From Salarias fasciatus (lineage: Eukaryota), in NCBI RefSeq assembly GCF_902148845.1, contig NC_043762.1, positions 29,090,760-29,154,759 of the forward strand: DNA of 64,000 nt, written 5' to 3'. The notes below the pieces were generated by a model that worked only from the letters and a program-made list of their open reading frames with translations, made no database searches and was not told where the DNA came from. The position numbers and the translations under genes are program-made. Positions within the stretch are counted from its first letter, which is position 1. Each line of letters begins with the position of its first letter. Positions 13,001 to 28,000 of this stretch are shown here, one piece after another.

Positions 13001-16000
13001 GAGAGACAGTGTCCATCCCCAATCTTAAACCCAAAATCTCTTCAATTTCAGACACATTAGACCTTTGTAATTTACAACATGACCAAAAACAATGAGTTAA
13101 GGTACCAATTTCCATTTTGCATTTAAGACACATAGGTGAAAGAGGAGGGTTGACGCCCGGTTGGGAGATATGTGATTCTGTGTATGATTTTTAAGTGCAT
13201 TGCTTGGGTTCGAGAACAGACAGATATTGTTTTCGTATGCCTCCAGACATCCTCCCAGTCTTCATCACGTATTACAGTATTTAGCTCTTTCTCCCATGTG
13301 TCTTTAAGATTCTGCAAACCTCGTTGGGGTGCTGAATACATAACTTCACAAACTAAACACAGATCTCTATCTCTTGAAAATAATTTCTCAAGAAGAGAGC
13401 ATTCACAGTTTTCGGCTAATGTGGTACTGTGCAAGATATAATGCCTTATATGCAAATAACAAAAGAAATCATGTCTGGGTATAGAATATTTCTCGATCAT
13501 TTGTGTAAATGCTATGACCACACCATCAGAGAGTAGATCCCTCAGTCTATGAATGACATAAACCCCACAGTTAAAAAAAAAAATCAAACATCCTGGGCTG
13601 AAGGTCAAGATTATTCAAAATAAGGGCGAGAACAGATGTAAACTTTGATCTTCCCTCATGTCGACGTACTATTTGCCACGTCTTGAGTATATTAAGAGTG
13701 ACTGGATTATTAGAACTCAAATATTTTCAGATTTCTTAAAGGACCTATATCATGCAAAATCCACTTTTTTAAGGTTTTTAGAATGCCCCAAAGTTGAATT
13801 CCCTTAAAAACCACCCCCAAAAGGTTATTTGCCTTCATCCACGCATGTCTGAGTAATCTCTTCCAGTCTGCTGCTCTCTGCAGCAGCCCCTCCCTTCGGG
13901 TAGGAAACAGCTCGTTTGAAACTCTTCAAACCTAAGTACGTCACAAAAGTTGAACTCCTCCCCACCACTTCTCCCACCCCACCCCAGACAACACGCCAAC
14001 TCTCCTCTGACCAGCAGCAGCTGATTCGCATTTTCCACTGAGGAAACACTCCCCCCCACCCACCCCCCCTCCCGCAGGCCCTCGGCAATCAGCGTTGCTG
14101 CTTTTTGTATCTCCGATTACGGAGATAAACTTTAACCATCGTCTGAAAGCAACAATCAAGCAAGAGCAAGAGTCTGAAGGGTCTGAAGGGTCTGCGCTTG
14201 GTGAGTTTCTAACAGGAAAAGATGTGTTTGCGTGTCTTTGCGTGTAGAGAAGCTAGAGCTAAAGAGCTAAAGCTAACCCTTAGAGACGCTAATGTAGATC
14301 CGATAGGTTGAAGTAGCTGTCAGTCAAAGTCCACAGGGGGAGAGGTGGGATTTTCAGTGAAACTGAGCGTTTTCTCTTCCGGGTTTCAGAATTAACCTCC
14401 GAAAATCTTTTATTTAACACAAAATGACTTTTCCTTAGCCCCAAAAATAAACTATTACCATGTTAATGCCAATCATAGGGTTTGGACGAGCTAAAAAAAG
14501 CATGATACAGGTCCTTTAAAGAATAGTAAATTCTTTAGTGGGTACTTTGTAAGGTAAGCTTCAATTCCTACACAAATAGAGTTTGAGTTATTTCTCCTGC
14601 AGTCACAGCTGACATGTTGTAATATTTGGTAAATCTAAATCACCTGAAGCAGTTGGCAGCAGTGTAGCCATCCTAAGTTTTGGTCTGATCTTACTGCACA
14701 TGAAAGAACTTAGCCAGCCATTCAGGTGTCTTATCACCTTATTTGATTGGAATCATTTTAACACGACACAGCAATCAAGATAATATATTCATTTTGACCA
14801 AGGCTATATGTCCCAGACAGGAAATAGGCAAAGAACTCCATCACTTCAAATCCTGCTTCACTTTTTCAAACAGGGGAACAAAGTTTGCTTTGTGCATTTA
14901 CTCAAATTTTGAAGTTATGAATATACCCAAGTAAATAAATCCTGCAGGAGACCACTAAAAGGGAAAAGAAAGCAAGGCAGATGGTATTGCATTACGGCTC
15001 CTAGTGGCATAGCTTCAGACTTGGCCAGATTTATTTTAATACCCAGAGAATGTGCTAAACAAATCAATAATCCCACGTAAAGCTGGTATCGATGTTCCCA
15101 GATTGGAGATAAATCAAAACATCATCTGCATAAAGACGCATCCTAAGTTCATAATCATGCTGTATAGCAGGTGCCATCCTTATGGCCTCTGCCATTGGCT
15201 CAATTGTTAGAGCAAACAAAAGGGGTGATGAGGGGCAGCCTCGTCTGGTTCCTCTATGGGAAACAGTTTGATTTAAGACCATTAGTTAAAATATCTGCCT
15301 GCAGACTATCACACAAAATTTTGACCCACGGAATAAAATCATCACCAAGAAAAACTTATTTAAAGTGTAAAATAAATAAGCCGGTCAACGACTCCTCAGC
15401 ATCAAGAGAAAGCATGACACATCCACATCTCTTAGCTAGAAAACCTGAGTTACATTGAGAAGGCACCTGACATTATTGCAGGAATACGAGTGTATCAGTG
15501 TTAAAACCAGTCCTGCTTACCGGACGCTGTTGCCAGGTAAGTGGAGTTTTGCGCCATTGCCAGGACGACACCCGACTGCGAAGCAAACATGCCTACATAC
15601 TCTAGGCTCCCCTCCTTGTTCTTGTACGCCCTCAGTCGTTGATCACTTCCTGCAAACACCAGTACTTCTGTCTTTTTCTTCTTTGTCTCCACAACGAGCC
15701 ACAGCATGCAGTGGATGGACAGTTCGACGAACTCAATGGACTGGATCTTCTCTCCTGCAGTCACATCACATCATGTTGTGGTTGGCAGAGCGTGGCTTAC
15801 CAACACTAAAACTGGGCTAATTGTTAAACTAATACAAAAGAAATTCAACATGGGAATAGGCAGATTTGATCATGACGAGAGCCACAAAATTTTTCTCCAT
15901 TACAATCACAGAGCCAAGTACTTGATATTCATCTCGTACATGCATTAATATAGCAAGCCCAGAGTCACGATAAAAGTACATTGAAAACATCTTCATACCA

Positions 16001-19000
16001 TCAGATCTGGAACTGATCATTTATTGATTTGATTTGATTTTTTTACCCATCCTGTTTAATTATATAAACTAGTGTCATGAGGCTCCACTGTATATATAAC
16101 TACAGTTATTTGACTTTTTAGTGCGAACCACTTTCCATTGTCATGTTTAATGGACATTTCCAGCGCTGTCATCTTGTTTTTTGGAAAACGTATTCATATC
16201 ACAAAAACATACCGGATTCGAGGCTAAAGATGTTGATGCTGTCAAGGTGGTATCCCACTGCAACGTAGTCTCCGTGTGCAGCCACACACAGAGCAGCAGG
16301 CCCAGATTTGTCACGCTTCTTTTTCTTCTTAGGAGGCTCCTGCAGACTCTATCAAAAAACAGAGTATACAAGTTGAAGAAAAAAAAAATAAAAGACTCCG
16401 AGAATATTCACAGAGCCAGTTGCACGTTGTTACTTTACATCACTGTGAGTCAGTTTTAATGTGGAGACAGAGGTGAGGCCAACTGGAAGATTTCACTGTA
16501 CACAATGTTAACATTAAATATGATGATGCAGATAAGTGAGGTGAATTTAAAGTGAAATATTTCGAAGTAAGTAAGTAAGAGCTTACTGACCTCAGCACTT
16601 TTCAATGTCGCGACTGAACGTCCAAGTCCACCTGACCACAGTCGGATCTGTTTGTTTTTTGAACATAGAAAAAAAAAAGAATGCATCAGAAATAGTAAAG
16701 TAAGAGTTTGCTTGCTGCACATGTGCAGATGTAAAGGATTGATGTACATGAGTAAATGAATAAGTTCTAAAGCCACTTTGCTACAGCGGTGCAGCAATGA
16801 TTCTACCTTCAGCCATCACTGTCTTCAGTATGTAAAGTAAAGCCTCACCGTGTGATCAGAGCCAGCTGTCAGCAGCAGCAGTTCTTCCTCCAGGAAACTC
16901 AGAGCCTCTGTGGCTCCGTCATGAGCCTGGAAACATCCCACACAGGTGGAGGTGGGCACCGACCACACCCGCACCTCTCCGGAGATGGAGCCAGAGCAGA
17001 GCATCGAGGACGTAGACGAGAAGGCCAGACTGCGCACGGACCGCTGGTGACCACGAAGCAACTGAGGAGACGAAAAAACGCAGAGGAAGGTTTTGGCCGA
17101 ATGCTGCAGCGGTCTGGATGAACTGTAATTCTGGATCAGACCAGAGTCTCACAGGAAGCTGCTGATTCTGGAGCCACTTCCACACCATCACGTCTCCGTT
17201 CCAGCAGCCAGCAGCCAGCAAGTGAGCTTCAGGGTCAAAGGTCACACAGTTCAGGGGGCTGATGCTTGAAAGAGAGGCCACTTCATGGCCTTTAGTGGAG
17301 GACCACACCTGAAGAGCAGAACGTTTTTACTCATTGTGAAAGACGTTGAAAAGATCAGAATTGTTGAAATGTTTGAGACACACTTTTAGCTTGAAGTCAA
17401 GGGAAACCGTCACAAGGTGCTTCTTGTCTGCACTGATGTTACTGGCTGTTATTGCATTATTGTGGCCTTCAATCAGAGCAGTCCTGCAGTGAGAGGAAGC
17501 AGAAATCAGGACACCTACCGTATTTTCGGCACTATAAGGCTCACTGGATTAATAGGCGCACAGTCAATTAATGGCTTTTATTAAAAAATTAATATATGGG
17601 GCGCACCGCATTTTAAGGTGTATAGAATAGTATGAGCGAAATACATAATGGCAGTCTAGGTGGTTACATTCTCGGTTGAAATGTGTGAGTAAAGCGACAT
17701 ATCATAGCGAGTTTGACTGAGGATCGCTCCTCTTCACGGATGTGCAGCTCAGAGCGGCCACGACTGGTCGAACTCGCTTGGTCACCGGGGTTCAGCCAGC
17801 TGCCGTCTCCTGAGTGAGGTGCCCCGCCGACAGCTCAGCCGCAGCCGGCCAGCCGCTCCTGGCGGGTGGGCTGCCGGGCGGGGGCCGGCCGTTCTCAGAG
17901 TCGCAGCTTGCAGGCTGCCGCCCGGCGTCCGGCCGCTTCCCACGTCGGCCGGCTGTGCAGCTGCGTGCCGTGCTCCGCGATTGGGAGAGTGGAGAATGTG
18001 CCTGAAGCTTCATGTTTGCCGTTCTGTTTAAACTAGCTAGCTTAGCAGTTTAGCAAGCAGGGATTGTTTGCTCATGTGATCAGGGTGATTACCATAATAC
18101 CCGCAAAAAAGGCGCATCGAATTATAAGGCGCTCTGTTGGGTTTTGAAAAAATTACAGGCTTTTACGTGCGCCTTATAGTGCAGAAAATACGGTACAAGA
18201 GAATCATTTGTCATTAGTTTAACTGAGGATGTGAAAGGATTTCCTCTGAACGCTCGTCTCACCTGCATCCATTCTCCACATCCCAGAGTTCGATGCGTCC
18301 ATCAAAGGAGGTGGTGGCAAGACGCCCGTCCTCCACAAACATACAGCTTGAGATGCCATCGCAGTTGCTCACCAGAGACTTCACTTCCTGCTCACAAATG
18401 GAAGAAAGAAGGCGTGTAACATAAACTCCTGTTTCTAAAACAATCCATTTAATTTGTTAATGAGATGACGTGTGACTTCCACCAAGTGGAACAGAACAGA
18501 AGGGAGAAAATAACATTTGTAGAACTTGTGTTCGTACCAGTCCAGTCTGTACATTGAGGAAAAGCAGCATTCCCTCACAGCTGCCGACCACCATCCGTAG
18601 TTTATCCGGGCTCAAGGCAACGCAGGTTGGTTCAGAACGGAGAGTCGACCTCAGCATGCTGAGATGAAACAGAACAAAATATGAAATAAAGTTATGCTCA
18701 CAGTTAATCTATCACAAAGTTTTAACACCTCATTTACCGATTTCTGATTGTAAGGGATGTGCATTAAATGGTCCTGCATTCTCACAGTATTTAAATAGCA
18801 CCTACATACATTTCTTTAATTAAGAAAGAAATGGGGGGCAAAAAAGAAAGAAATGGAAGTCTAGCTTAGAACTATGCAAGTTGAAATATATTCCGTTTCT
18901 AAAAAATGAATTCAAAAAACTAAATCAGGCATGACTGAAAGCCAGTTTTGAAAAAGACGGGTTTACCTGAACTCTTGAGGATCATAATTTAGACTAGAAC

Positions 19001-22000
19001 GACACTCAATAATCCGGTTTCCTCCTTTCCCCACCAGACCTTTGGCCCAGGACTGAGCAGAGGTCTCTGGAGGACAGTGAAGGGCTTCTTGGATGAAAAG
19101 AGCCGGCCAGGAGGAGAGAACGGCACTGTGGCCCCAGAGGAAGTTGTGGCAGTCCCAGACGTTTCCACAGAAGGGTCCTGACAAGACAAAGACGTGATGT
19201 GATGAGGACTGAAAACACACTGAGCAACAATTCCAAGGCTAAAGGTTGTTTAAACACTTACTTGAGTGGCCAGATTTACTCTCCTTCTCTACAGGAAAGA
19301 CAGAAATTCACAGGATTGCAGACATCAGGATGTTTCATTCATTACTATCAAGACTACTATTATACACAAAACAGCTTCAGAAGACGTTCCTTCTATTATA
19401 TGAGCTGATCGTCTGTACTCACTGTACAAGTCGTACATGTCCATGAGGTGCTGCAGGAGCCCGTTCCTCACGTTAGCATACAGGAAATAATAGTTGGACA
19501 GCAACGACTCGGCTGCCTCCATCTGTCCACTTTCAATCTGACCAAAGCCAAATAAAGACATGTACTAGTTAAAATATTCAGTAAATATCAAGCTCAAACA
19601 TGCTTAAAAGTGTTTAGCTTATTACTGAAATAAATATATTCTCATTATTGGAGATTTGCTGGTAGATGATGCTCATTTGCTGCATCACAGGACTGTCAAA
19701 CTGTTGAACGGTAGAAAAGTCCCACTGTTGATGTGTGAAGTAGTACTGATGAAACCAAGGCTTCCTCACCAGGCTTTGGGGCAGGTGCATGACAGAGTTG
19801 ACCTCACAGTGAAAGAAGGTCTCTTGTCCCTCAGGATCAGCCCGTGTCCACAGATGAGCTGCAGAAAAAGGAGACTTTTAATAAGCACTCACCTACAGTT
19901 TATACATTAAGAACACTCAAAGAAATCAGCAGAGTTTACCAGCCAGTATGAGGTGGGCTCTCTTTGTTTCACTCTCTGCTGGAAGGAGAAAGTCCTCAAA
20001 GGCTCGCTTCACCTCCACATTTTTCAGAGTCAGCAAGTCGCTGGTATTGTAGCAATGAGATGGATCCATCAGGCTGCAGGAAACAGACCAAAGAGATGTA
20101 ATGCGTCTCTAACATTCACATTGCTGAACAATGCATCCTTTGGAATTGGGGTTGAGATTCAAATAGAGCTGTCGAGGAAAACAGCGTCTCATGAGGTGAA
20201 ATGAAAGAATACTCGACGTTACAACTTCTTGAAGCAAGTTGAGAATTCTACCTTTGTAAACTCTGCACTATGCGAGTGAAAGCTGCCATGGGAATGCGTC
20301 CTGTGGGCTTCCTGGACAGCTGCAGGACTTCCTGCCATGTGACCTGTCCTTTCTGAGAGGACAGACTGTTGCATGTGTTCAGCACAGAGTACAAGTCTCT
20401 CTCTTTCAGACCTGAGAACGGAGAAAACAAGAAGACAGACATGGTCGGTTCAGTTTCAGCATCTTCCTCTAAGTTTCATTATCATCAAATATCATTAAAT
20501 ATCAACATATAAGTTTGAGGATGGAGGTGGTTCCATTTGGACAGCTTGGATTTGAAGACGCAAAGACAAAAAAAAAAAAAATAAATAAAACCAACAACCT
20601 TCCAGTCAACTGTTCTAAACTGAACCACAGTTGAATATATCTTTTACATCAATGCTTCGAAGAATTATCATCTTGTCATCATCATACTGTACACCATCAG
20701 GTACTTTTATCAGTGCTGTCTTCTTTTAATTTCTCTGTGGAAGCAGTCAATTGGTTTAACTCATATTTATCAAACAGGAGGGCAAGTGTCTGCATCAGTA
20801 AATCTCAGTCAACATATCTCAACTGTAACTTCAGAGTTCCCCAGGGATCCATATTGGGGCCTATTTTATTTAGTTTATACATAAATGATCTGCCTTCTGT
20901 CTGTCCAGCTGTCTCCATACAAATGTACGCCGATGACACAGTTCTTTATACACATGCTGAAACCAAACAACAAGCAGCAGAGAAACTGAATGCAGCTACG
21001 GTCCATGTGTCTGACTGGTTGAGGAACTCATGCTTACATCTAAACAGAAACAAAACAGTGTGTATGTTTTCCTCATGTTAAGTCAACAGAATCCGACCCT
21101 GACATTGTGATCAAATGAAACAGTAGTCAGGTAGTGTCAGAATTTCAATATCTCAGAATCACATTAGACTCAAACCTGACATTCAAAAAGCACATTAAAA
21201 AGGTAGAAGATACAAATAAATTCAATTTGGCCAATTTCAGACACATAAGGCCATACCTAACCACAGATGCAGCAAAATGTTTTATTCATGCCATGATCTT
21301 CTCACACATAACATCCTGCTTCACAACCTGGTCACAGACAAACCAAACCACTTTGAAACCCACAGAATCCCTACAATCACACATTAAAAACACTTGATCA
21401 AAAGTCCAACCTTTATCACCATTGTCAAATAGTTCAGAAATACAACTTATTTAATTTCAATAGATTTCCACTTTTTTAGATGCATGCCTGATCTTTAAGA
21501 TATTAAATGGGCTTGCACCTCCACCACTACACAGATTCATGAAACAAACAGAATGTGGTCCCAGAACAACCAGGACAGCTCCAGAGGGGACTGTGAGGGA
21601 CATTCAGACAGTGTGTTTGGAGAGACGGTCCTCTCTGTTAGAGGCTCGCATCACTGGAACAGTCTCCCCACTGAAATAAGACAGAACTCAAACTACTCGA
21701 CCTTCAAATCCAGCCTCAAGAGATGGCGCAAAACAAACCAAATTAGTAATCATGGATCAGTACAAGCTAAACTGTCACTGGTTTTACCCATACATCCCTA
21801 AAGTCTTTTGTATTGTATTTTATTGTATGCTTTTGTATGAATGGTTTTTATTTTCCACTTTTAACAACCTGCTCAGGGACTACAGATGGAAATCAGCTTA
21901 TGGCTAACTCTGGCATATTTACACTTTTACTGGAAAAGAAGTGTTGATCATTATGCACTGTCCCTGACAGATAGATGAATAAACAAACAAATAAATAAAT

Positions 22001-25000
22001 AAACAAATAAATCTGTGTCATTTTCCTACTAATAACCCTGCAGTCACTAGATTCCTCCACTGTAACAATGATTCAATTGTGAAGACATACAAATTTTGAA
22101 ATAGGACTAACACCAGCATTAAAAAGTATGTGCATGACTAATCTTACCAGTGGTGCTGACAGTGAGCACTGCCAGCGCCCAGCGGAGTCCCTGCATGTCT
22201 CTGTAGTGTGAGCAGAGTCTCTCCAGGCTGTACTGCACCAGCTGGCTCAGAGACCCTGGGATACCCAGAACATTCTCCTTCAACTGAGACACAAAGACAG
22301 ACAACAACACATTTAAAGTAAGAGTAAAATAAATAAACGAGAAATTGGCACTCAGAGAGCGCAGACCTCCGCCACAGCTCAAATCAGTCACCAACAACAA
22401 TAAGAACACCATATATAATCAAACATTGTGATCGGGGGTGTGATCAGAGCGGAGCGCTGCAGCATGCGGTGCCTCTCTCTGTCGCCCTCTCTCCCTGTGT
22501 GTATGTGTGTGTGTGTGTGTGTTTATCTGAAAAGGAAAAACCGAAAAGCAACATAATTTATGTTATTTTACTTCATTTTAATTTGAAAATTGACCCCTGT
22601 CGGCGGGCCTGCCCAACCATGTGAAAGACTCCCTATCTCTCAATGATAAAGAATCCTTTAAAAAAAAATCCTCGATCCAGACAGTGATCCGGATCATCAC
22701 CAAAATTTAATGGATTCTACATTAGCCCAAGACCCACCGCTCCACAAAGTTTCATTGCAATCCATCCATTACTTTTTCCATAATCTTGCTAACAAACCAA
22801 CAAACCGACATGATTACATAACCTCCTGGCGGAGGTAATAAAACTACTGCAAACGTGATTAAAAAGCATCACGGCACCAACCCTGTCGAAGGAGGCAAAG
22901 TTCCTCAGGTCTTCACAGGCCAGGTGCAGGTAGAGAGGACTCAAAGCCCCCTTCTTCATGATCAGCGTCTGGAGCTAAAAAAGTGAACACATAACAATTT
23001 TAACTGAGAAAAAGAATCACAGACGTTACACAGATGTGAAGTCTTCAGCAGAAAAGTAAGAAGAAAACCTGGCTGTTGAACGCAGAGTCACCAAGTTTCT
23101 TCCCGAAGGCGTCCAGCTCCTTTTTAACGATTTCCCTGCGGTCCGGCACGGTGAGCGGTCCCAGGGAAAACAGGACTGTGCCTGTTTTCTTGACCAGCGT
23201 TTGTAACAGAGGCGCTTTGGAGGTCATGCTCACAACCAAACACACACCCTGAAGAACAAAAGACAACCTGAGTGGCAAAAACGTCTGATGACGAGCAGAA
23301 CACACCATGAATTTAAGACTTACTCAACTCGTTGAAGACAAGTTCATTTCAGTTACTTGATGTTCATGAGCATCAGTGATGAGTTGCGGATGCAATCCAC
23401 TGACCTTTGGAAGCTTTGGAGGGAGCCAATCACAGCTCAGCTGACCTCTGCCGTCTCTGATCAGGTCTACTCCGTCAATCAGCAGCACCAGAGGAGTTGT
23501 CATCGTCATGGTGGTCAAGGTGGAGTGAAACTCTGTCAGCAAGTCTCTGAGACGAAAGAGAGAAAACTCATCACGTCAGCACAGAAGGAAACAAAATGTG
23601 ATGAAAAATCAGACGACAGTCACTTACTTATACGAGCGAGGAAGAGGTGATTCCTCCTGTGTGTCTTTAATCTTTCTCAGCAACTGAACGAGGCACCCAA
23701 CAAGGTTTTCCCCGGAGCGTGCCGACTGGCTGGCAGCCGTCGAGTAGGAGACGACTCGGCAGACGAGGTTTCTCCTGGACTTCTGTCCAGTCCGGAGGGC
23801 TTCTGCCAGACCAGCCTGTAGGAGAGTAAAGGTTTAGGCAGTGGTCACTTTTAGCAGAAGTGACAGTGAACCTTTCTGAAGCCAAGTCGATCACTTTTCA
23901 ATTTTTCATGTTTAATCTTCTGATAGATTTACCATGAAGAGAGTTTTGCCCTCTCCAGCTCCTCCTTCCACCATCATCATGTGCCCCTTGGTCTGCAGCT
24001 GCTCCACCATCTCCACAGCAGCTGACAGCAGCTTGGACCTGCCAAAGAACTGCCTCTGTAGCGCCCCCTGGTGGACCTCCTGCTCATAAACCTCTGCTGC
24101 CTCCTCACGCTCCTCAGACGCCTGTGATGAAGAACAAATGGTTCAGTGGACTTTAAAGAGCTGCGATTAATTAAATACCAAACAATAGTTCATATTGCAC
24201 TGTTCTTGACATTAACAACTGTTTGCCAATATCTGAGGCAGAAACTGGAATAGAACAAAAAAAAGCTAAATGGTACGACTTTTGATTATTTTGAAGGATT
24301 CTCATCAGTACATGTTCAGAGTGACTCACATCCACAAACAGCTTCTTGACAGCCGTCCAAAGATCCTCCAGAACGGCTTTGCCAAACTCATCCAGTTTTG
24401 TCAGATGTGGTTTCCCGTCCACGACGCCTCCCCACTCACAGGAGTAACTGTGATCAGCACACAAGACAATTTAGCAAAATGCTCCCATCATGCCGTCATG
24501 GTTCATTTTATAATGGAAGTTGTTCATTTATTCAAGTCGAAAATGTGATGCATTACAAAAACATGGCATTTGATTTTACAAACGTACGTGACTGAGAAAA
24601 CTCACTTTTCAGTGACCTTCACATTGCTGTCTCTGAGTGCGTTCTTCAAAGTGGTCATTTTCTGCTCAGCATCGTTTGATTCAGGGGTAAAATGTGATCT
24701 CCAAGCAACAGGAACTGATCTGGCAAAACAGGACAAATACTGAATGAAGCACTCAATATCAGTTCTTGTTATGTACTGAACTGTAACAGGATAAACTCAT
24801 GGAACTCAAACTACAAATAAGCTCATTCAAAGTGCATACTTGATGATTGCTGGGTCTCTGAAGTAGCAGAACATCCGCTCATGTGCAACACCCGGGTAGA
24901 GAGACTGGAACTGACGGATCTCCATCTCAGTGACGGACAACCCCTCCGGCGCCGTGGCCAGCTGCACACAGAGAGAAAATTCAAGGAAACTCACTTGAAT

Positions 25001-28000
25001 AAAACAATTTTATGTCAAATGAAAATGAAAACCACATGTCACTCAATTCAGAGACCTGAGGAATACACTGGCTGTGTCTTATTCAGCTTCCCTTTAGCTC
25101 AAATCAGTGACGGTCTGTGGCAACAAATCTTTAAGAGGACAGCACAGATCTGAGATCAGAATGCTGAGTATCAGAGAGATTTTCTCAGACCACACTATGA
25201 GCTGGTGCAGTTGGTTCTGGGCTTCTTCTGGTGCATGACAGTCCCCAGCCTCATGGAGCTGGAGAGTTTCACCAGTTCCTTTATGATCAAGGCATTGATG
25301 CTATTTAACTAGCCCATCTGATGTACAGACCTCAATCTGAACAAGCACCTTTGGGACTTCATATATGATCACAGAAACTGAGGGGAGCCATTCCGGGGTA
25401 AAGCATACAGGCACACAGAGGCCACACAAGCTACTGAAGCACATTATGAGTTGTCCTGAGGAAGTTCAGATCAGTTGGATCAGCCGGTCATTTTGCCACT
25501 CTGTTCTTGGGTCGAATTCAGAATCCGGTCAAGAGTTCATGAATTTGGTTTCCATGGATTGTTGCTAGCCCCCTGAACTGCCACGTTAATGTGGTGGGGG
25601 AGTTTGAGTGCCCGTATGATCCCAGGAGCTATGTTGTCCAGGGATTTATGCCCCTAGCAGGGTCTCTCATGACAAACAGATCCTGGGTGATAGGCCAGAC
25701 TAAGAGCAGTTCAAGAGCCTCTACAGAAAGAATAAAACCAAAGGCTGATATGTCGCCTGGTATGGCACAGATGGGACCCCATCCTGGATCCAGGCCTGGG
25801 GTTGGGGCTTGTATACGAGCGCCTGGTGGCCGGGCCAGGCTGGGCTCAGCCCAAAGGACTGGACTCCCCACTTCTCTGGCGTTGCCTGCGGTGATCGGTG
25901 GCAGGCTGGTTTGAGGTTGCTTATAGGCCCACAGTTCAACCGCCATGTGTTGGAGTTCACCCCAGTGACTGATAGGGTCACATCCCTGCGCCTTCAAGTC
26001 AGGGATAGGTGCCTCAACGTTGCTTTGGCTTACAGGCCGAACAGCAGTGTACAGTACCCAACCTTCTTGGAGTCCCTGGGAGGGGTGCTGGACAGTGGTC
26101 CAACTGGGGACTCCATTGTTCTACTGGGTGACTTCAATGCCCACGTGGGCAGCAACAGTGACACCTGGAGGGGGGTGATTAGAATGAAAGGTCTACCCGA
26201 TCTGGGCTGGGGAGGCTGGGGACATTGAGTTCGAGTGGACCATGTTTTCCACTTCCATTGTTGAAGCAGTTGCTCTGAGTTGCGGTTTCAAGGTCTCCGT
26301 TGCCTGTTGTGGCGGCAACCCCCGAATCCGGTGGTGGACACCGGAATTAAAGGCTGCCATCAAGCTGAAGGAGGAGTCATATTGAGTTTTGTTGGCTTGT
26401 GGAAGTCGAGAAGCAGCTGATAGGTACCAGCAGGCCAAGCAAACTGCAGCCCGAGCAGTTGTGGAGGCAAAAACTCGGGTCTGGGAGGAGTTCGGGGAGG
26501 CCATGGAGGAGGACTACCAGCCGGCCTTGAAGAAACCCTGGCAAACTGTCTGGTGCCTCAGGAGCGGAAAGCAGGTCTCCACCAACCTCGTTTACAGTAG
26601 AGATGAGGAGCTGCTGACCTCAACTGGGGTCATTATCAGACGATAGAAATACTTCGAGGACCTCCTCAATCCCATCGCCACATCTTCCATGGGGGAAGCA
26701 GAGGCTGAGGTCTCAGAGGGAGGCTTGTCCATCACCCAAGCTGAAGTCACCGAGGTGGTTGGTAAGCTCCTCAGTGGCAAGGCACCGGGGGTGAATAAGA
26801 TTCGCCCTGAGATCTTGAGTCTCTAAATGTGCAGTGACTGTCTTGGTTGGCACATCTCTGCAGAATTGTGTAGCGGTCAGGGACAGTGCCTTTAAATTGT
26901 CAGACCGAGAAGGTGGTTAACAGGGGACAAGAGGGTGTGGTCTAATTCTAGGGGGATCACACCCTTCAGCCTTCCCGGAAAAGTCTATTCCAGGGTAGGA
27001 TAGAGGAGGATTCGACCAAAAATCAAACCTCAGATCCAGGAGGAACAACGTGGTTTTCCTCCTGGTCATGGAACACTGGCTGCTCTGGGAGTACATAGTA
27101 TGGGGCCCCTTGTTAAGGGCCGTACGGTCTCTGTATGACCGAAGCAGGAGCCTGGTTCACATTGTTGGCAGTAAGTCAGACCTGTTCCCGGTGAATGTGG
27201 ACTCAGGGCTGCCCTTTGTCACCAGTTCTGTTCGTAATTTTCAAGAACAGACTTTCTAAGCACAGCCAGGGACAGGAGGGGGTCTGATTCAGTAACCACA
27301 GGATTTCATCTCTGCTTTTTGCAGATGATGTTGTCCTGAAAAATACAGGACACACACGCACCAGGGCAGTTTTCATCCGAGTTTGAAGCAATGGGGACAG
27401 CAACTCCAAATCCAAGGCCATGGTCCTTGACAAAAAGAAGGTGTTCTGCCTTCTCCAGGTCGGCAGAGAGACCCTGCCTCTAATAAAGGAGTTCAAGAAT
27501 CTTGGGGGTTTGTTGACGAGTGGGTGACGGATGCTTCATCCGTCACTGACAGCCAGATTGGTGCAGCGGCTGCAGTTGTTATATCGGTCCGTCATGGTGA
27601 AGCGAGAGCGGAGCTGAAAGGACAAGCTCTTGATTTACCAGTCAATCGTCACTCCCTTAGAGATAGGGTGAGGAGCTCAGTCACCAGGGAGGAGCTCGGA
27701 GAAGAGCCACGACTCCACCACATTGAGAGGAGCCAATTTGGGTGGCTTGGGCATCTGTTTAGGATGCCTCCTAGATGCCTCTCTGGGGAGGTGTTCTGGG
27801 GAAGACCCAGGAAACGCCGGAGAGTCAAGTTCTCTCGGTTGGCCTGGAAATGCCTTGGAATACTCTCGGAAGAGCTGGAAGAGGTGTCTGGGGACAGAGA
27901 AGTCTGGGCATCTGATTAAACTGTTCTCCCCGAGACCTGGTCCCAGATAAGCGGTTGAAAATGGATCATGAATTTGTTCTCAACGGCTTACTCAATTCAA

